DNA of 20,822 nt from Elusimicrobiota bacterium (lineage in GTDB: Bacteria; Elusimicrobiota; Elusimicrobia; Elusimicrobiales; UBA9959). The stretch covers positions 1 to 20,822 of the forward strand of contig DAIENX010000082.1 of NCBI GenBank assembly GCA_027340875.1, written 5' to 3'. The notes beneath the pieces are model-generated. The model searched no databases and was not told the origin of the DNA. It saw only the letters and a program-made list of their open reading frames with translations. How positions within the stretch are numbered: position 1 is the first letter of the stretch; every line of letters starts with the position of its first letter. Shown here one piece after another: positions 1-8,023 of this stretch. Position numbers and translations under genes: made by a program.

Positions 1-839
1 TGCGCCGAAGGGGCGGCGGCCGGAGCCGCCTGCTGCTGCGGCTGGGCCGGAACCGCCGCCGGGGCCTCGGCCGGCTGCGGCGCGGGACCCAGCGGCTGTC
101 CCGGCAGCCAGGAGCGGTCCGGCTCCACGGGCGGGCCTGAAAGCGGTCTTTGTCCTTCCTCCTCCGCCTTTTTCGGCTGCAGGACGGCCGGCGCGGAGCC
201 CGCGGCCTTCAGCTTGGAATAGACGTCGGTAGCCGAGCGCCAGAGCATCTGTCTCAGCAGGCCGTTCTCCCTGGCGCCGGGGGAGAAGAAGGGGTACAGA
301 GGGGCGAGCAGCAGGTGGAAGGTGGTCTTGTTCCTGGCTTCCGTTTCCACTCTCACCGTCCCGCTGGAGACCGCGAAATCCGCCGTCAGGTAGTAGTTCA
401 CGCGCAGCGAGGCCGGTATGATGAAGACGAAGCCGGTGTCCACGAGAAAGGAGCGGAACAGGTCCCCGTAGGTCCAGCGGCCGAAGCTGGTCAGCTCCAG
501 GCGCAGGTTGCCTTTTCCGCGGACCTTGTCCAGCAGGCCGGCTTTGGCAAAGATCTCCTCCGCCTTCCTCCTGAAGGCGGCCTCGTCCCCCGGGTCCACC
601 TGTACCGGCATGACGCGGTTCGTATGGGATACCGACCCTTCCCCTATGGAGTCGGTGGGTGCCCTGTAGGGGTAGTTGCGCCAGGATACCTCCAGCGCGG
701 AGAACGGCACCAGCTCCTTGTCCTCGAGCATGGCGCCGGCGGTTTTCCTGTCCACCAGCATGTCCCCCGAGTTGAAGGAGGCGCAGCCCCACAGGGCGGG
801 CAGCAGGGCTAGTAAGGCGGCTAGTTTGATGTCTTTCAT
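1..839 (-). CDS. Putative lipoprotein with Pro/Ala/Gln-rich tail, truncated at window edge
   Basis: Not in the ORF track because no stop lies in the window. Manual translation from ATG at 839: MKDIKLAALLALLPALWGCASFNSGDMLVDRK..., a short signal peptide with a lipobox-like LWG-C. The frame stays open to position 1, ending ...GPAPQPAEAPAAVPAQPQQQAAPAAAPSA. Confidence 0.8.
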   Translation of the reverse strand, partial: MKDIKLAALLALLPALWGCASFNSGDMLVDRKTAGAMLEDKELVPFSALEVSWRNYPYRAPTDSIGEGSVSHTNRVMPVQVDPGDEAAFRRKAEEIFAKAGLLDKVRGKGNLRLELTSFGRWTYGDLFRSFLVDTGFVFIIPASLRVNYYLTADFAVSSGTVRVETEARNKTTFHLLLAPLYPFFSPGARENGLLRQMLWRSATDVYSKLKAAGSAPAVLQPKKAEEEGQRPLSGPPVEPDRSWLPGQPLGPAPQPAEAPAAVPAQPQQQAAPAAAPSA

Positions 840-855
840 CTTGTCCGGTGTCGTC

Positions 856-935
856 TGACCGTTATCATTAACAAAAACGGGTCATTTTTACTATATTATA
901 TTAAGTTCATCCTTTGGAAGGGTTGGCGGGATACC
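856..935. promoter_or_regulatory. AT-rich divergent promoter region between the lipoprotein gene and the GNAT-lux-like operon
   Basis: AT-rich tract (tttttactatattatattaag) with TANNNT-like hexamers in a GC-rich background, between divergent starts at 839 and 936. Confidence 0.5.
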
Positions 936-2132
936 ATGGCGCATAAAAAGATAGAGCATGTGATAAAGACCGACGGCAAGCCGGACATAGTCATCAGGCT
1001 GGCCAAGGTCCAGGATATGAGGCGCATACAGATGCTTTACGCCGAGGTCTACGGCGGCTCCTACTCCATACCCATAGTGACCGACAAGGACAAGATGCGC
1101 AGCGCGATCGAGAACGACGACTACTACTGGATGGTCGCCGAATGCGAGAGCCGCGTCATAGGCAGCCTGGTCTACGCGGTGGACCTGCTCTACCGCAACT
1201 CGAAGGCCTTCGGCGCCGTGGTCAGCCAGGAGTACCGCAAGCACGACCTGGCCTACATGATGATGAAGCTGGTCCTTGACGATATCACGAAGAACAAGGA
1301 CCTCGTGGACCTGGTCTACGCCACCACGCGCACCGCCAACCACGCCCCGCAGAAACTGACCGAGAGCCTCGGCTTCATAAAACTCGGCATCTTCCCCAAT
1401 TCCAACAGGCTGCAGTACAACGAGACGCACTGCCTGACCGGCTACTTCACGGATAAGGCGATGCGGCTGCGCCGCCGGACCCCGCGGATAATACCAGAGC
1501 TCGCGCCGTTCTACGAGATAGTGCGCAAGCAGGTCAAGCTGGAAGACGCCGAGATACTGGACGTGAAAGGCGATTACAGCGATCACAAGGTGAAGATCCC
1601 GCTGCTGAACTTCGAGGCCATCACGGCGCCGGAGTTCGTGAAGAACCGCTGGAAGAAGACCGTGTCCAACAGCTTCTTCGAACATACCTTCATGCCTTTT
1701 CACGAGCCGAACCTGATACTGATAACGCCGGACCAGGGCACCGAGGTGTACCTGACGTTCAACCAGAAGGACAAGTACAGCGTGGTGGTGGGCGGCGTGA
1801 CGAACGAAAAGAGCTTCGCCGTGGTGCTCGAGAGCATAGCGCAGGCCGTCAACCAGATGGACATGGCCTACGTGGAGGTCATCATAGACGCCTACGCCCC
1901 GGAGGCGCAGCGCGACGCGCTGGACGCGCGCTTCATCCCCAGCGCCTATTTCCCGTGCGGCAAGCGCATGGAGGCCCAGCGCTACGACACCGTGGTCTTC
2001 TCCCGCACCTTCGATATCCTGGACTTCCGCAATGTGAAGATAATCTCGCACTACAAGGACTTCCTCAACGAATACCTGAAGCTCTGGCGCGAGAACTATA
2101 TAGAGTCCGCCTTCCAGACGGAGCAGAAATAG
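936..2132 (+). CDS. GNAT-family acyltransferase-like protein (N-terminal GNAT plus second domain)
   Basis: N-terminal GNAT pattern: IRLAKVQD...YWMVAECESRVIGS...GAVVSQEYRKHDLA (motif A-like VxxxxRxxxxA) ...QKLTESLGF. The C-terminal half (VEVIIDAY...LDARFIPSAYFP) looks like a degenerate second GNAT fold. GC3-rich codons. Confidence 0.75.
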   Translation: MAHKKIEHVIKTDGKPDIVIRLAKVQDMRRIQMLYAEVYGGSYSIPIVTDKDKMRSAIENDDYYWMVAECESRVIGSLVYAVDLLYRNSKAFGAVVSQEYRKHDLAYMMMKLVLDDITKNKDLVDLVYATTRTANHAPQKLTESLGFIKLGIFPNSNRLQYNETHCLTGYFTDKAMRLRRRTPRIIPELAPFYEIVRKQVKLEDAEILDVKGDYSDHKVKIPLLNFEAITAPEFVKNRWKKTVSNSFFEHTFMPFHEPNLILITPDQGTEVYLTFNQKDKYSVVVGGVTNEKSFAVVLESIAQAVNQMDMAYVEVIIDAYAPEAQRDALDARFIPSAYFPCGKRMEAQRYDTVVFSRTFDILDFRNVKIISHYKDFLNEYLKLWRENYIESAFQTEQK

Positions 2133-2165
2133 GGTCCCGCGATCCCGGTAAATAAGGAGACAAGC

Positions 2166-3335
2166 GTGGCAGATCTTTCAGTGGAGGACCGCCTCCCGCC
2201 GTTCCACAGACCGCTCAAGAGCCGCGCCGCGCTCGACGCGCTGTTCGAGACGCCGGCCTTCGAGTATTCTCCCCGCACTTCCAGGGCTTTCCTGGCCTCG
2301 ATGCGCGCGGCGCTGGACTTCCAGGGGAAACGGTCCCCGGTGCTCAAAGCGCTCTATAAGACGGAGGGCTTCAACCCGGCCTCGGTGAAAACCGAAAAGG
2401 ACGTGGCGGGGATCCCGTTCATCTTCGTCGCGGCCCTCAAGGAGCGCGACTTGACCACTCTGCCGTATTCAAAGATAGTCCTGGAGCTCAAAAGCAGCGG
2501 CACCAGCGGCCAGCGCAGCCGCATGCAGCTGGACAAGGGTTCGCTGATGCGCGTGCGGCGCATGGCCTGGAAGGTCTTCGAGGGGCTGGGGCTCACGGAC
2601 CTGAAGCGCGCGCACGACTATATCTGCTTCACCTACGACCCCGCGGTGGCCAAGGACCTCGGTACGGCCTGGACGGACAAACTGCTCTCCGGCTTCACGA
2701 AGCAGGGGGAGATCTTCTATACCTTCAGGTGGAGCAGGGAGAAGAAGGATTTCTATTTCGACATAGACGGCGCCGTGGACGCGATGAAGAGGTTCGAAGA
2801 GGCCGGTTCGCTGGTGCGGTTGGTCGGTTTCCCCGCCTTCGCTCTGAAGCTCACCGAAGAGTTCAAGAAGCGCCACGGCCGCTACCCTAAGCTTAACCCC
2901 GAAAGCAGCGTGGTGACCGGCGGCGGCTGGAAGACGCTGGCCGACGAGGCGGTGGACAAGAAGGTGTACAGGAAGATACTGGCCGACAGTCTAGGGATCC
3001 CCGTGGCCAACGTGCGCGACCTCTTCGGCATGGTGGAGCACGGCGTGCCGTACGTGGACTGCCGGCTGGGCAACTTCCATATCCCCAACTACGGCCGCGT
3101 GATAGCGCGCGACCCCGGAACGCTCGAGCCGCTCGGCTTCAACGAGACCGGCCTGCTGCAGTTCATCACCCCGTACCTGACCAGCTACCCGTCGCTGTCG
3201 GTGCTGTCGTCCGATTTCGGGCTGGTGCGGCCGCGCTGCTCCTGCGGCCTGCCGGGGCCGGTCCTGGAGATAAAGGGCCGCGCCGGCGTGAAGAAGCTCA
3301 AGGGGTGCGCGATCTCCGCCGCTACGATGCTATGA
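2166..3335 (+). CDS. LuxE-like acyl-protein synthetase
   Basis: GTG start with AAGGAG RBS. Adenylation loop SSGTSGQRS, TGGGWK, RDLFGMVEH, GLLQFITP, and C-terminal GRAGVKKLKGCA with the Cys positioned like the acylated LuxE Cys. Confidence 0.88.
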   Translation: MADLSVEDRLPPFHRPLKSRAALDALFETPAFEYSPRTSRAFLASMRAALDFQGKRSPVLKALYKTEGFNPASVKTEKDVAGIPFIFVAALKERDLTTLPYSKIVLELKSSGTSGQRSRMQLDKGSLMRVRRMAWKVFEGLGLTDLKRAHDYICFTYDPAVAKDLGTAWTDKLLSGFTKQGEIFYTFRWSREKKDFYFDIDGAVDAMKRFEEAGSLVRLVGFPAFALKLTEEFKKRHGRYPKLNPESSVVTGGGWKTLADEAVDKKVYRKILADSLGIPVANVRDLFGMVEHGVPYVDCRLGNFHIPNYGRVIARDPGTLEPLGFNETGLLQFITPYLTSYPSLSVLSSDFGLVRPRCSCGLPGPVLEIKGRAGVKKLKGCAISAATML

Positions 3336-5977
3336 AGATACACAACACCTACCTGTTCGGGAAAGCTTCCGACAAGGCCTCCTGGTCCCCGGCAGAGATA
3401 GAGGAGATAGGCCGCCGGGCCCAGGCCGCGCGCGGCCTGCTGGCTGCGGCGCCGCAGGAATACATCCTGGAGACCCTGGCCAGGGCCGGGCGCCTGTTCG
3501 GGAAGGGCTCGAAATACCGCAAGGCGGCGCTGGCGCACCTGAAGGAGCACATCACGTTCTCCGGACCGGTCATAGAGAAGAGCCTCGACGTCATCCCGGA
3601 ACTGCTGGACAAGCGCGCGATGTCCAAGCGCATGAACATGGAGCTCTTCATCCCTTACGCGCTGGAGGCCTCCGTGGAGCGGCGCGGCTACGAAGGCCTG
3701 GTACGCGCGATGCCGAAGGGCGTTGTTCTGCACGTCGGCGCTGGCAACGTCTTCCTGGGCATACTCGATTCCATGGTCATAGGCCTGCTGACCAGGAACG
3801 TCAATATAGTCAAGCTCTCTTCCGGCGGCTCCAACTTCATGAACCTCTTCATGGCCGCGCTCGAAGAGGCGGACGAGAAGGGACTGCTGGCGAGATCCTG
3901 CGCTGTGCTCTCCTGGAAGGGCGGCAGCCAGGGACTGGAGGAAGCGGCGCTGAAGCACGTCAACGCGGTGTTCGTCTGGGGCGGCTACGACGCCGTGCAA
4001 AGCTACAGGAGGATCGCTCCCGTCGACGTGCGCGTGGAGGGTTTCGGGCCGAAGACCAGCGTGGGAGTGGTCTTCGACAGCTGCATAGAATACGAGGGCA
4101 TGGACGACGTGGCCGGGCGCGCGGCGCTGGACGCGTCCCTTTGGGACCAGGCGGCCTGTTCCTCGCTGCATACGCTTTACATCGTCGCCCCGGCCAAGAA
4201 GCATAAGGCGCTGGCTTCGGATTTCCTCAAGTACGCCAGGAAGCATTTCACCGAGCTGGCGGAGAAACTGCCGCCCGGCAGGCTGTCCCCCGACGAAGAG
4301 GTGGAGATAACCAAGGCCCGCGAGCTGGCCCGGGTGGACGCCGCCCTGGGCGCAGGCGCTTACGAGAGTTCGGCCCCGACCACCGCCTGGACGGTCATCT
4401 ACGAGAAGGACCCGGTCTACCGCGTCTCGCCGCTGAACCGGGTTCTTTACGTCAAGACGGTGGAGAGCCTGGAAGAGATGCGCGACCAGCTCCTGCCGCT
4501 GCGCGGCTACATCCAGACGGTGGGCGTGGGAGGCTCGATAGAGCGCAAGGCGGTCATGGAGACGCTTGGCCCGGCCGGCATAGCCCGCGTGGTCAAGCTC
4601 GGCAAGATGCTGGAGGAGTCCAACGGTTCCCCGCACGACGGCATCTTCCCGATGATGTCTCTGGTGAACTGGCTGCCTATCGAGGAGGTCCCGTCCCAGT
4701 TGGATCGCCTCAGCGAGCTGGTGGACCACGCCAGGATGCGCAGCCCGTTCTATAAAAGGCATTTTAAGGCCGTGCGGCGGCGCATAGTCTCGCTTCCGCA
4801 GTTCCAGCAGGTCCCGTTCCTCGAGAAGCACCACGTGCTGGAGAACACCCCGCCGGACAGCGCCGACCTGCTGACCTCCAACGTGCAGCGCGGCATCTTC
4901 TTCGCCAGCGGCGGCTCCACCGGCCAGCCCAAGTACGTCTTCTACGACCAGCACGAGTACGACCACACCTGCCGGATGCTCGCCTACACCTACGAGGCGG
5001 CCGGGCTGAACGAGAAGGACGTGATAGCCAACCTCTTCATAGCCGGCAACCTGTGGTCCAGCTGGCTGTCGGTGGAGAAGGCGATAGCGTACACCAAGGC
5101 GATCTCGGTGCCGGTGGGCAGCAACCTGCCGCTGAGCAGCATCGTCGAGTACCTGGAGGACTTCAAGGTGACGGCCGTCATCGGCCTGCCGTCCTTCCTG
5201 GCCAAGCTGGCCGAGTTCGCCAAGGCCAACCGCGCCCGCTACAAGCTGAACATAAAGAAGATATTCTACGGCGGGGAGTACGTGGGCGAGGAGATGGAGA
5301 AGTTCTTCCGGGACGCCTTCCCCGGCTCCTACGTCCGTTCCGCCGGCTACGCCACCGCGGACGCCGGCGTGATCGGCTTCCAGTGCCCGCACTGCGTGAA
5401 GGGGGAGCACCACCTGTTCACCGCCAGCCAGTTCATAGAGTTCGTGGACCAGGAGACCCTGGCGCCCGTGCAGAAGGGGGAGGTCGGAGAGCTGATAGTG
5501 ACCGGGCTGGCCAAGAAGCACATGCCGATCATCCGCTACCGCGTGGGCGATCTGGGCCGCTGGCTGCGGCGCCCCTGCGCCTGCGGCCGCAAGGAGCCGA
5601 TTTTCGAGATATTGGGCCGCTGCGACGACAGGATACACGTGGGCGGCGCGCACCTCTTCGTCAACGACATACAGGAGGCGCTGGGCAAGGTGCCGGACCT
5701 TACCTTTAATTTCCAGGTGGTGATAGGCAAGAAGGGCCACCGCGATACCCTCGCCATAAGGACCGAGGTGGCCGACCCGGCGGCGCTTGCCCGCGCCGGA
5801 GAGCTGGGCGACCTGCTCTGGAAGGAGATGGTGAAGCACTGCGAGGACCTGCACGAGAGCGTGCGCATGAAGTGGCTGGAGAAGCCGGAGATAGAGGTGC
5901 TGAAGCCCGGCGCGATAGAACGCGTGCAGCGCACCGGCAAGATCCGCCGCGTGATAGACGGCCGCGTGAAGGTCTGA
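3332..5977 (+). CDS. Fusion: LuxC-like acyl-CoA/acyl-protein reductase (about aa 1-450) plus PaaK/F390-synthetase-like adenylate-forming domain
   Basis: Start taken at ATG 3332, an ATGA overlap with the luxE-like stop. LuxC motifs HVGAGNVF, VKLSS, VWGG, FGPKTS, WDQAACSS (catalytic Cys, aa 276), HDG. Then PaaK-like HARMRSPFY, SGGSTGQPK, YGGE, GELIVT, PIIRYRVGD, GRCDD, RTGKIRRVIDGR. Confidence 0.88.
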   Translation: MKIHNTYLFGKASDKASWSPAEIEEIGRRAQAARGLLAAAPQEYILETLARAGRLFGKGSKYRKAALAHLKEHITFSGPVIEKSLDVIPELLDKRAMSKRMNMELFIPYALEASVERRGYEGLVRAMPKGVVLHVGAGNVFLGILDSMVIGLLTRNVNIVKLSSGGSNFMNLFMAALEEADEKGLLARSCAVLSWKGGSQGLEEAALKHVNAVFVWGGYDAVQSYRRIAPVDVRVEGFGPKTSVGVVFDSCIEYEGMDDVAGRAALDASLWDQAACSSLHTLYIVAPAKKHKALASDFLKYARKHFTELAEKLPPGRLSPDEEVEITKARELARVDAALGAGAYESSAPTTAWTVIYEKDPVYRVSPLNRVLYVKTVESLEEMRDQLLPLRGYIQTVGVGGSIERKAVMETLGPAGIARVVKLGKMLEESNGSPHDGIFPMMSLVNWLPIEEVPSQLDRLSELVDHARMRSPFYKRHFKAVRRRIVSLPQFQQVPFLEKHHVLENTPPDSADLLTSNVQRGIFFASGGSTGQPKYVFYDQHEYDHTCRMLAYTYEAAGLNEKDVIANLFIAGNLWSSWLSVEKAIAYTKAISVPVGSNLPLSSIVEYLEDFKVTAVIGLPSFLAKLAEFAKANRARYKLNIKKIFYGGEYVGEEMEKFFRDAFPGSYVRSAGYATADAGVIGFQCPHCVKGEHHLFTASQFIEFVDQETLAPVQKGEVGELIVTGLAKKHMPIIRYRVGDLGRWLRRPCACGRKEPIFEILGRCDDRIHVGGAHLFVNDIQEALGKVPDLTFNFQVVIGKKGHRDTLAIRTEVADPAALARAGELGDLLWKEMVKHCEDLHESVRMKWLEKPEIEVLKPGAIERVQRTGKIRRVIDGRVKV

Positions 5978-5992
5978 CCGCAGCAGGGCATG

Positions 5993-6019
5993 AAAAAAGC
6001 CGGCTTGCCCGGCTTTTTT
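5993..6019. terminator. Bidirectional intrinsic terminator
   Basis: AAAAAAGCCGG-cttgc-CCGGCTTTTTT between convergent genes. Confidence 0.9.
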
Positions 6020-6037
6020 ATTGTTTGGGCCTGTCGG

Positions 6038-6820
6038 TCAGTCGGAGAACTTGACCACCAGCGAGTGGTTGAGGCCGAAGTCGTTGCGTTTGACGCCGGG
6101 GTACGGACGCGAGTCGTACTCGTCCGTCGCCGTGATCCTGAAGACCACCGAATCCTTCCAGACCTTGAACTCCAGGAAATCCTCTGAGTAGATCCTGTAA
6201 TTCCCGGTATCCGCCGTGCGCGGCGCGTAGATGACGTCGCCGCTCAGCTTCACGGTGTCGGTCAGCGGCATTGCGAAGTTGAGCCGGGCGGTCGCCCTGA
6301 AATCCCGTTTCGAAGCGCCGCCGCCGCTCTCCTCGTATTCCGGGGTCAGGCCGGCGCTGATCATCACCGGCTTCAGCGGGCCCGGCAGGAAGTTGTGGAA
6401 ACAGACGCCGGCGGTGTTGGTCATGCGGTAGCTGACGCTGCGGAACTTGTCGTGGCTGTGCGTGGTCTGTAGGAAGAGGTTCAGCCATTTTCTGGCGCCG
6501 TAGGCGTAGAGCAGCGAGCCTTTGGATTTGTCGGTGACGGCCGAGTCCCCGTACTTCACGTAGTTGTCGGAGGCCTGTACGAAGATGGAATTGCGCTCGG
6601 CGGGCTTCCAGTCCAGCTCGAGGGTGCCGTAGAAGCTCTTGCTGCGCACGTTGCCGTTAAGGTAGCCGCCGCCGAGGCCGAGGTTCAGGCCGTAGCTGGA
6701 ATGGGGCTGCCAGGCCTCGGGCGGCCTTACGCGCAGGTCTTCGGTGCGGGAGAACTGCGCCCTGGCCGCGCCGGCGGAGCAGCAGAGCAGTATCGCCGCG
6801 AGCAGGATCCTGTGGCGCAT
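6038..6820 (-). CDS. DUF481-like outer-membrane beta-barrel protein
   Basis: Signal peptide (MRHRILLAAILLCCSAGAARA), GYLNGNVRS motif, alternating amphipathic strands, and C-terminal YDSRPYPGVKRND...SLVVKF typical of DUF481/YdiY. Confidence 0.75.
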   Translation of the reverse strand: MRHRILLAAILLCCSAGAARAQFSRTEDLRVRPPEAWQPHSSYGLNLGLGGGYLNGNVRSKSFYGTLELDWKPAERNSIFVQASDNYVKYGDSAVTDKSKGSLLYAYGARKWLNLFLQTTHSHDKFRSVSYRMTNTAGVCFHNFLPGPLKPVMISAGLTPEYEESGGGASKRDFRATARLNFAMPLTDTVKLSGDVIYAPRTADTGNYRIYSEDFLEFKVWKDSVVFRITATDEYDSRPYPGVKRNDFGLNHSLVVKFSD

Positions 6821-6823
6821 GGC

Positions 6824-7930
6824 TCAAGGCAGAACGGTGCTCAGGGTCTGGGCGTCGTGGATGTCCGCGAACTCGTCCCCGAGCAGGCCGCGCTTCTGCA
6901 GGTTGCCTATGACGAACTGCGGCAGGGTGGCCCGGACGTTGTAGACCATGTACGGGATGGTCCACATCTTGATCTGCCGCTCCTTGGGCAGGACGCGGTT
7001 CATCAGGATCAGCAGGTTGTTGGTGCAGTTGTTCTTGATAGTGTGGTAGAACTCGCCCTCGCGGTCCACGGCGGAGAGCTGCATGGCCTCGCGCAGCAGG
7101 TCAGCCTTCTGGTCGTGGGTGAGGAGGACGGGGTAGGTGATCAGGTGGAACTTCTCGTGATAGACGGTGCGGGCGGCGTATTCCTCCCAGGTGGAAAGGG
7201 ACCAGATGATGCCGAAGGATTTGCCCAGGCCGGTCAGCGGCGAGAAGCTCTGGCCCACGCGGGTGCGGCCCTCTATGCTCAGCGCCAGGGCCATCGGCTC
7301 GTTGCCGTCGGCGTCCTTAAGGGCGCCCTTCTCGAACGTGAAGACGAGGAAGGAATGGGCCGCGATGAACTCGGGCGGGAACGGCTTCTTGACGAAATAG
7401 ACGTTCTTGATCTTCTCTGGGTGCATCGTCATCGAGGTCCAGTCGTAGGAATCGGCGGGCGGCACCTGGGTGTGCATGGTGCGGACGTTGCCCATGGTTA
7501 TAATGCCGTCCTTGTCCTCGAGCAGCATGGCCTGGCGGCGGCGGGGCTGGTAAGGGGCGGGCTCTATCTCACCGGCCTTCGGGAGATATTCGGTTATCTT
7601 GCCGACCTTCAGGATGGAGAGGTCGTCCGCCTGGCGGGCCTGGGCCTCGAGGATGACGGTCTTCCCCTCATACCTGCTGGCCTTCTTCTCCGAAAGGTCC
7701 AGCTTGAACAGGCGTCCGTTCACCGTGTTGATATAAGGGCCGTCCTCGGTGACGGAGATGACCCCTTTGAGAGTGTAGCTGGCGCCCCAGCTCTTGTCCT
7801 CCGGCAGTTGCAGGTCGGAGGGGAGCTGCCTTATCTGGGAGACGTTCAGCGTCTCGAGAGCTTCAAAGCTGGTCTGGGCTGCGGCGGGCACGGCGGCGAA
7901 CAACACGAGGAAAGAAAGGTTCTTTAGCAT
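6824..7930 (-). CDS. Secreted DUF4105 (Lnb-N-like) domain protein
   Basis: Signal peptide; AAHSFLVFTF, LALSIEGR and FYHTIKNNCTNN match the His...NNCT signature of DUF4105. 3-nt gap to the DUF481 gene. Confidence 0.75.
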   Translation of the reverse strand: MLKNLSFLVLFAAVPAAAQTSFEALETLNVSQIRQLPSDLQLPEDKSWGASYTLKGVISVTEDGPYINTVNGRLFKLDLSEKKASRYEGKTVILEAQARQADDLSILKVGKITEYLPKAGEIEPAPYQPRRRQAMLLEDKDGIITMGNVRTMHTQVPPADSYDWTSMTMHPEKIKNVYFVKKPFPPEFIAAHSFLVFTFEKGALKDADGNEPMALALSIEGRTRVGQSFSPLTGLGKSFGIIWSLSTWEEYAARTVYHEKFHLITYPVLLTHDQKADLLREAMQLSAVDREGEFYHTIKNNCTNNLLILMNRVLPKERQIKMWTIPYMVYNVRATLPQFVIGNLQKRGLLGDEFADIHDAQTLSTVLP

Positions 7931-8023
7931 AGATATAGGATAGCCTGCCGGGCGGCTGGACGGGAGCGGCCAAGGTCCCGGCTTTTTCCGGCAAGTTTCC
8001 TAGGCCTTTATAGGACCTTAGGT

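Noticed and set aside
150..812. 220-aa plus-strand ORF
   Set aside because: Antisense shadow of the minus-strand lipoprotein gene, which has a signal peptide and typical codon usage.
3185..5854. 889-aa antisense ORF, plus 891-2051, 6701-7927, 8698-9819, 10194-11471, 17533-18606 and similar
   Set aside because: Shadow ORFs opposite well-supported genes, expected from GC3-biased codons; no recognisable motifs.
2166..5977. Bioluminescence (lux) operon
   Set aside because: No luxA, luxB, luxD or luxG between the divergent upstream gene and the terminator; lux gene symbols were therefore not assigned.
4690..5977. paaK / phenylacetate catabolism
   Set aside because: No paa genes nearby, divergent motifs and fusion to a reductase; only the fold family is supported.
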